64,000 bases of DNA, from positions 4,198,934-4,262,933 of the forward strand of contig NW_019091356.1 of the NCBI RefSeq assembly GCF_001949145.1, written 5' to 3'. The translations under genes were made by a program, and so were the position numbers. Positions 63,273-64,000 of this stretch are shown here, in pieces. This stretch comes from Acanthaster planci. Taxonomy: Eukaryota. The notes below the pieces were generated by a model. It saw only the letters and a list, made by a program, of their open reading frames with translations, had not been told where the DNA came from and did not search any database. Each line of letters begins with the position of its first letter. Positions within the stretch are counted from its first letter, which is position 1.

Positions 63273-64000
63273 GTAAGTCTTTATTTGTCAACGACCGGGA
63301 AACACGTGTATTTATAACATCCCAAGGGCGACAAATAATCACTCGTGATGTGAGGCTGAAATTCCTTAACGGCTATCACATATACCGTAAAGGGTTGATG
63401 AAATGGGATCTGAAATGTCAGATATGGCAAATTCATCAACATTGTGACGTATACAATTGCACGCAGCAAACATAAAGAAGAAGCTCACTTGAGGATGGCG
63501 GCTGATGGAAAAAATTCAAATGTTTAATTTAATTTATCGCGGGCTGGTGTAAGACGTATGTCAATAGAAACGTGAATATAGTGCATGATATGATGTTGAA
63601 TTCGGAGTTTATCATCCGCACTTATCTGTCCTCATGTCGACTATGATGCTGAGCACACCGAATCAAACATAACTAAAACAGCTTTTAGTACCTAATACAA
63701 TACACTGCCTGAGATTCAGAACAGATAGCGTGGTTTCATTACGTCACAGCCATTAGAAAACTCTTAGCTAAGCGGAATGAATGTACAGTTGACAATTCGC
63801 GGTTTAGTTTAACTTGGGCACACATTGTTGTGCAAATTACCTTCTGGGACAACGGTAACATGTGGAAATGGTAAATAGTGTAATCGTTATTTACACTGAA
63901 TCACAGCGGAATTTACTAGATATTTATTACGTAGACAGGTATGGCGTGGAAAACACTTGGTAATGCGCTAGTTTCTGTTAATTTCATTATTTTTTTTCTT

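Noticed and set aside
2182..63310. CACGTG E-boxes and CTTTGAT TCF sites as regulatory clusters
   Set aside because: Counts by eye (about 11-12 each) are near chance expectation and are not clustered.
1..64000. The short ORFs of the six-frame track as stand-alone genes, and any prokaryotic system (operon, CRISPR, defence island)
   Set aside because: All are 187 aa or shorter, overlap in every frame, often start at TTG/GTG and show no recognisable domains. No regularly spaced repeat-spacer array was seen.

Overview
This is eukaryotic, almost certainly animal, non-coding DNA of roughly 40-42% GC (estimated by eye). It has poly-A/T runs and an excess of the palindrome TACATGTA, which suggests a marine invertebrate (inference). 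None of the listed ORFs resembles a protein family I recognise. I see no rRNA, tRNA, CRISPR array, operon structure, or intact transposase/reverse transcriptase. Best-supported features: a 101-bp tandem duplication, two dispersed repeat families with two copies each, and a CACTG-ended non-autonomous transposon remnant. The most coherent but unproven reading is the upstream/intronic regulatory region of a large + strand gene. Several CpG-rich promoter-like segments (about 4.8-5.3, 23.6-24.4, 50.5-50.7 and 62.6-63.3 kb) each end in a strong splice donor, and most carry a short phase-0 ATG-started peptide, as alternative first exons would. Motif-level signals include a dense nuclear-receptor half-site cluster at 25.4-25.8 kb, a perfect DR1, several RFX X-boxes, and CTCF-like AGAGGGCGC motifs in divergent orientation. 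I cannot support a claim of a novel biological system from sequence alone.
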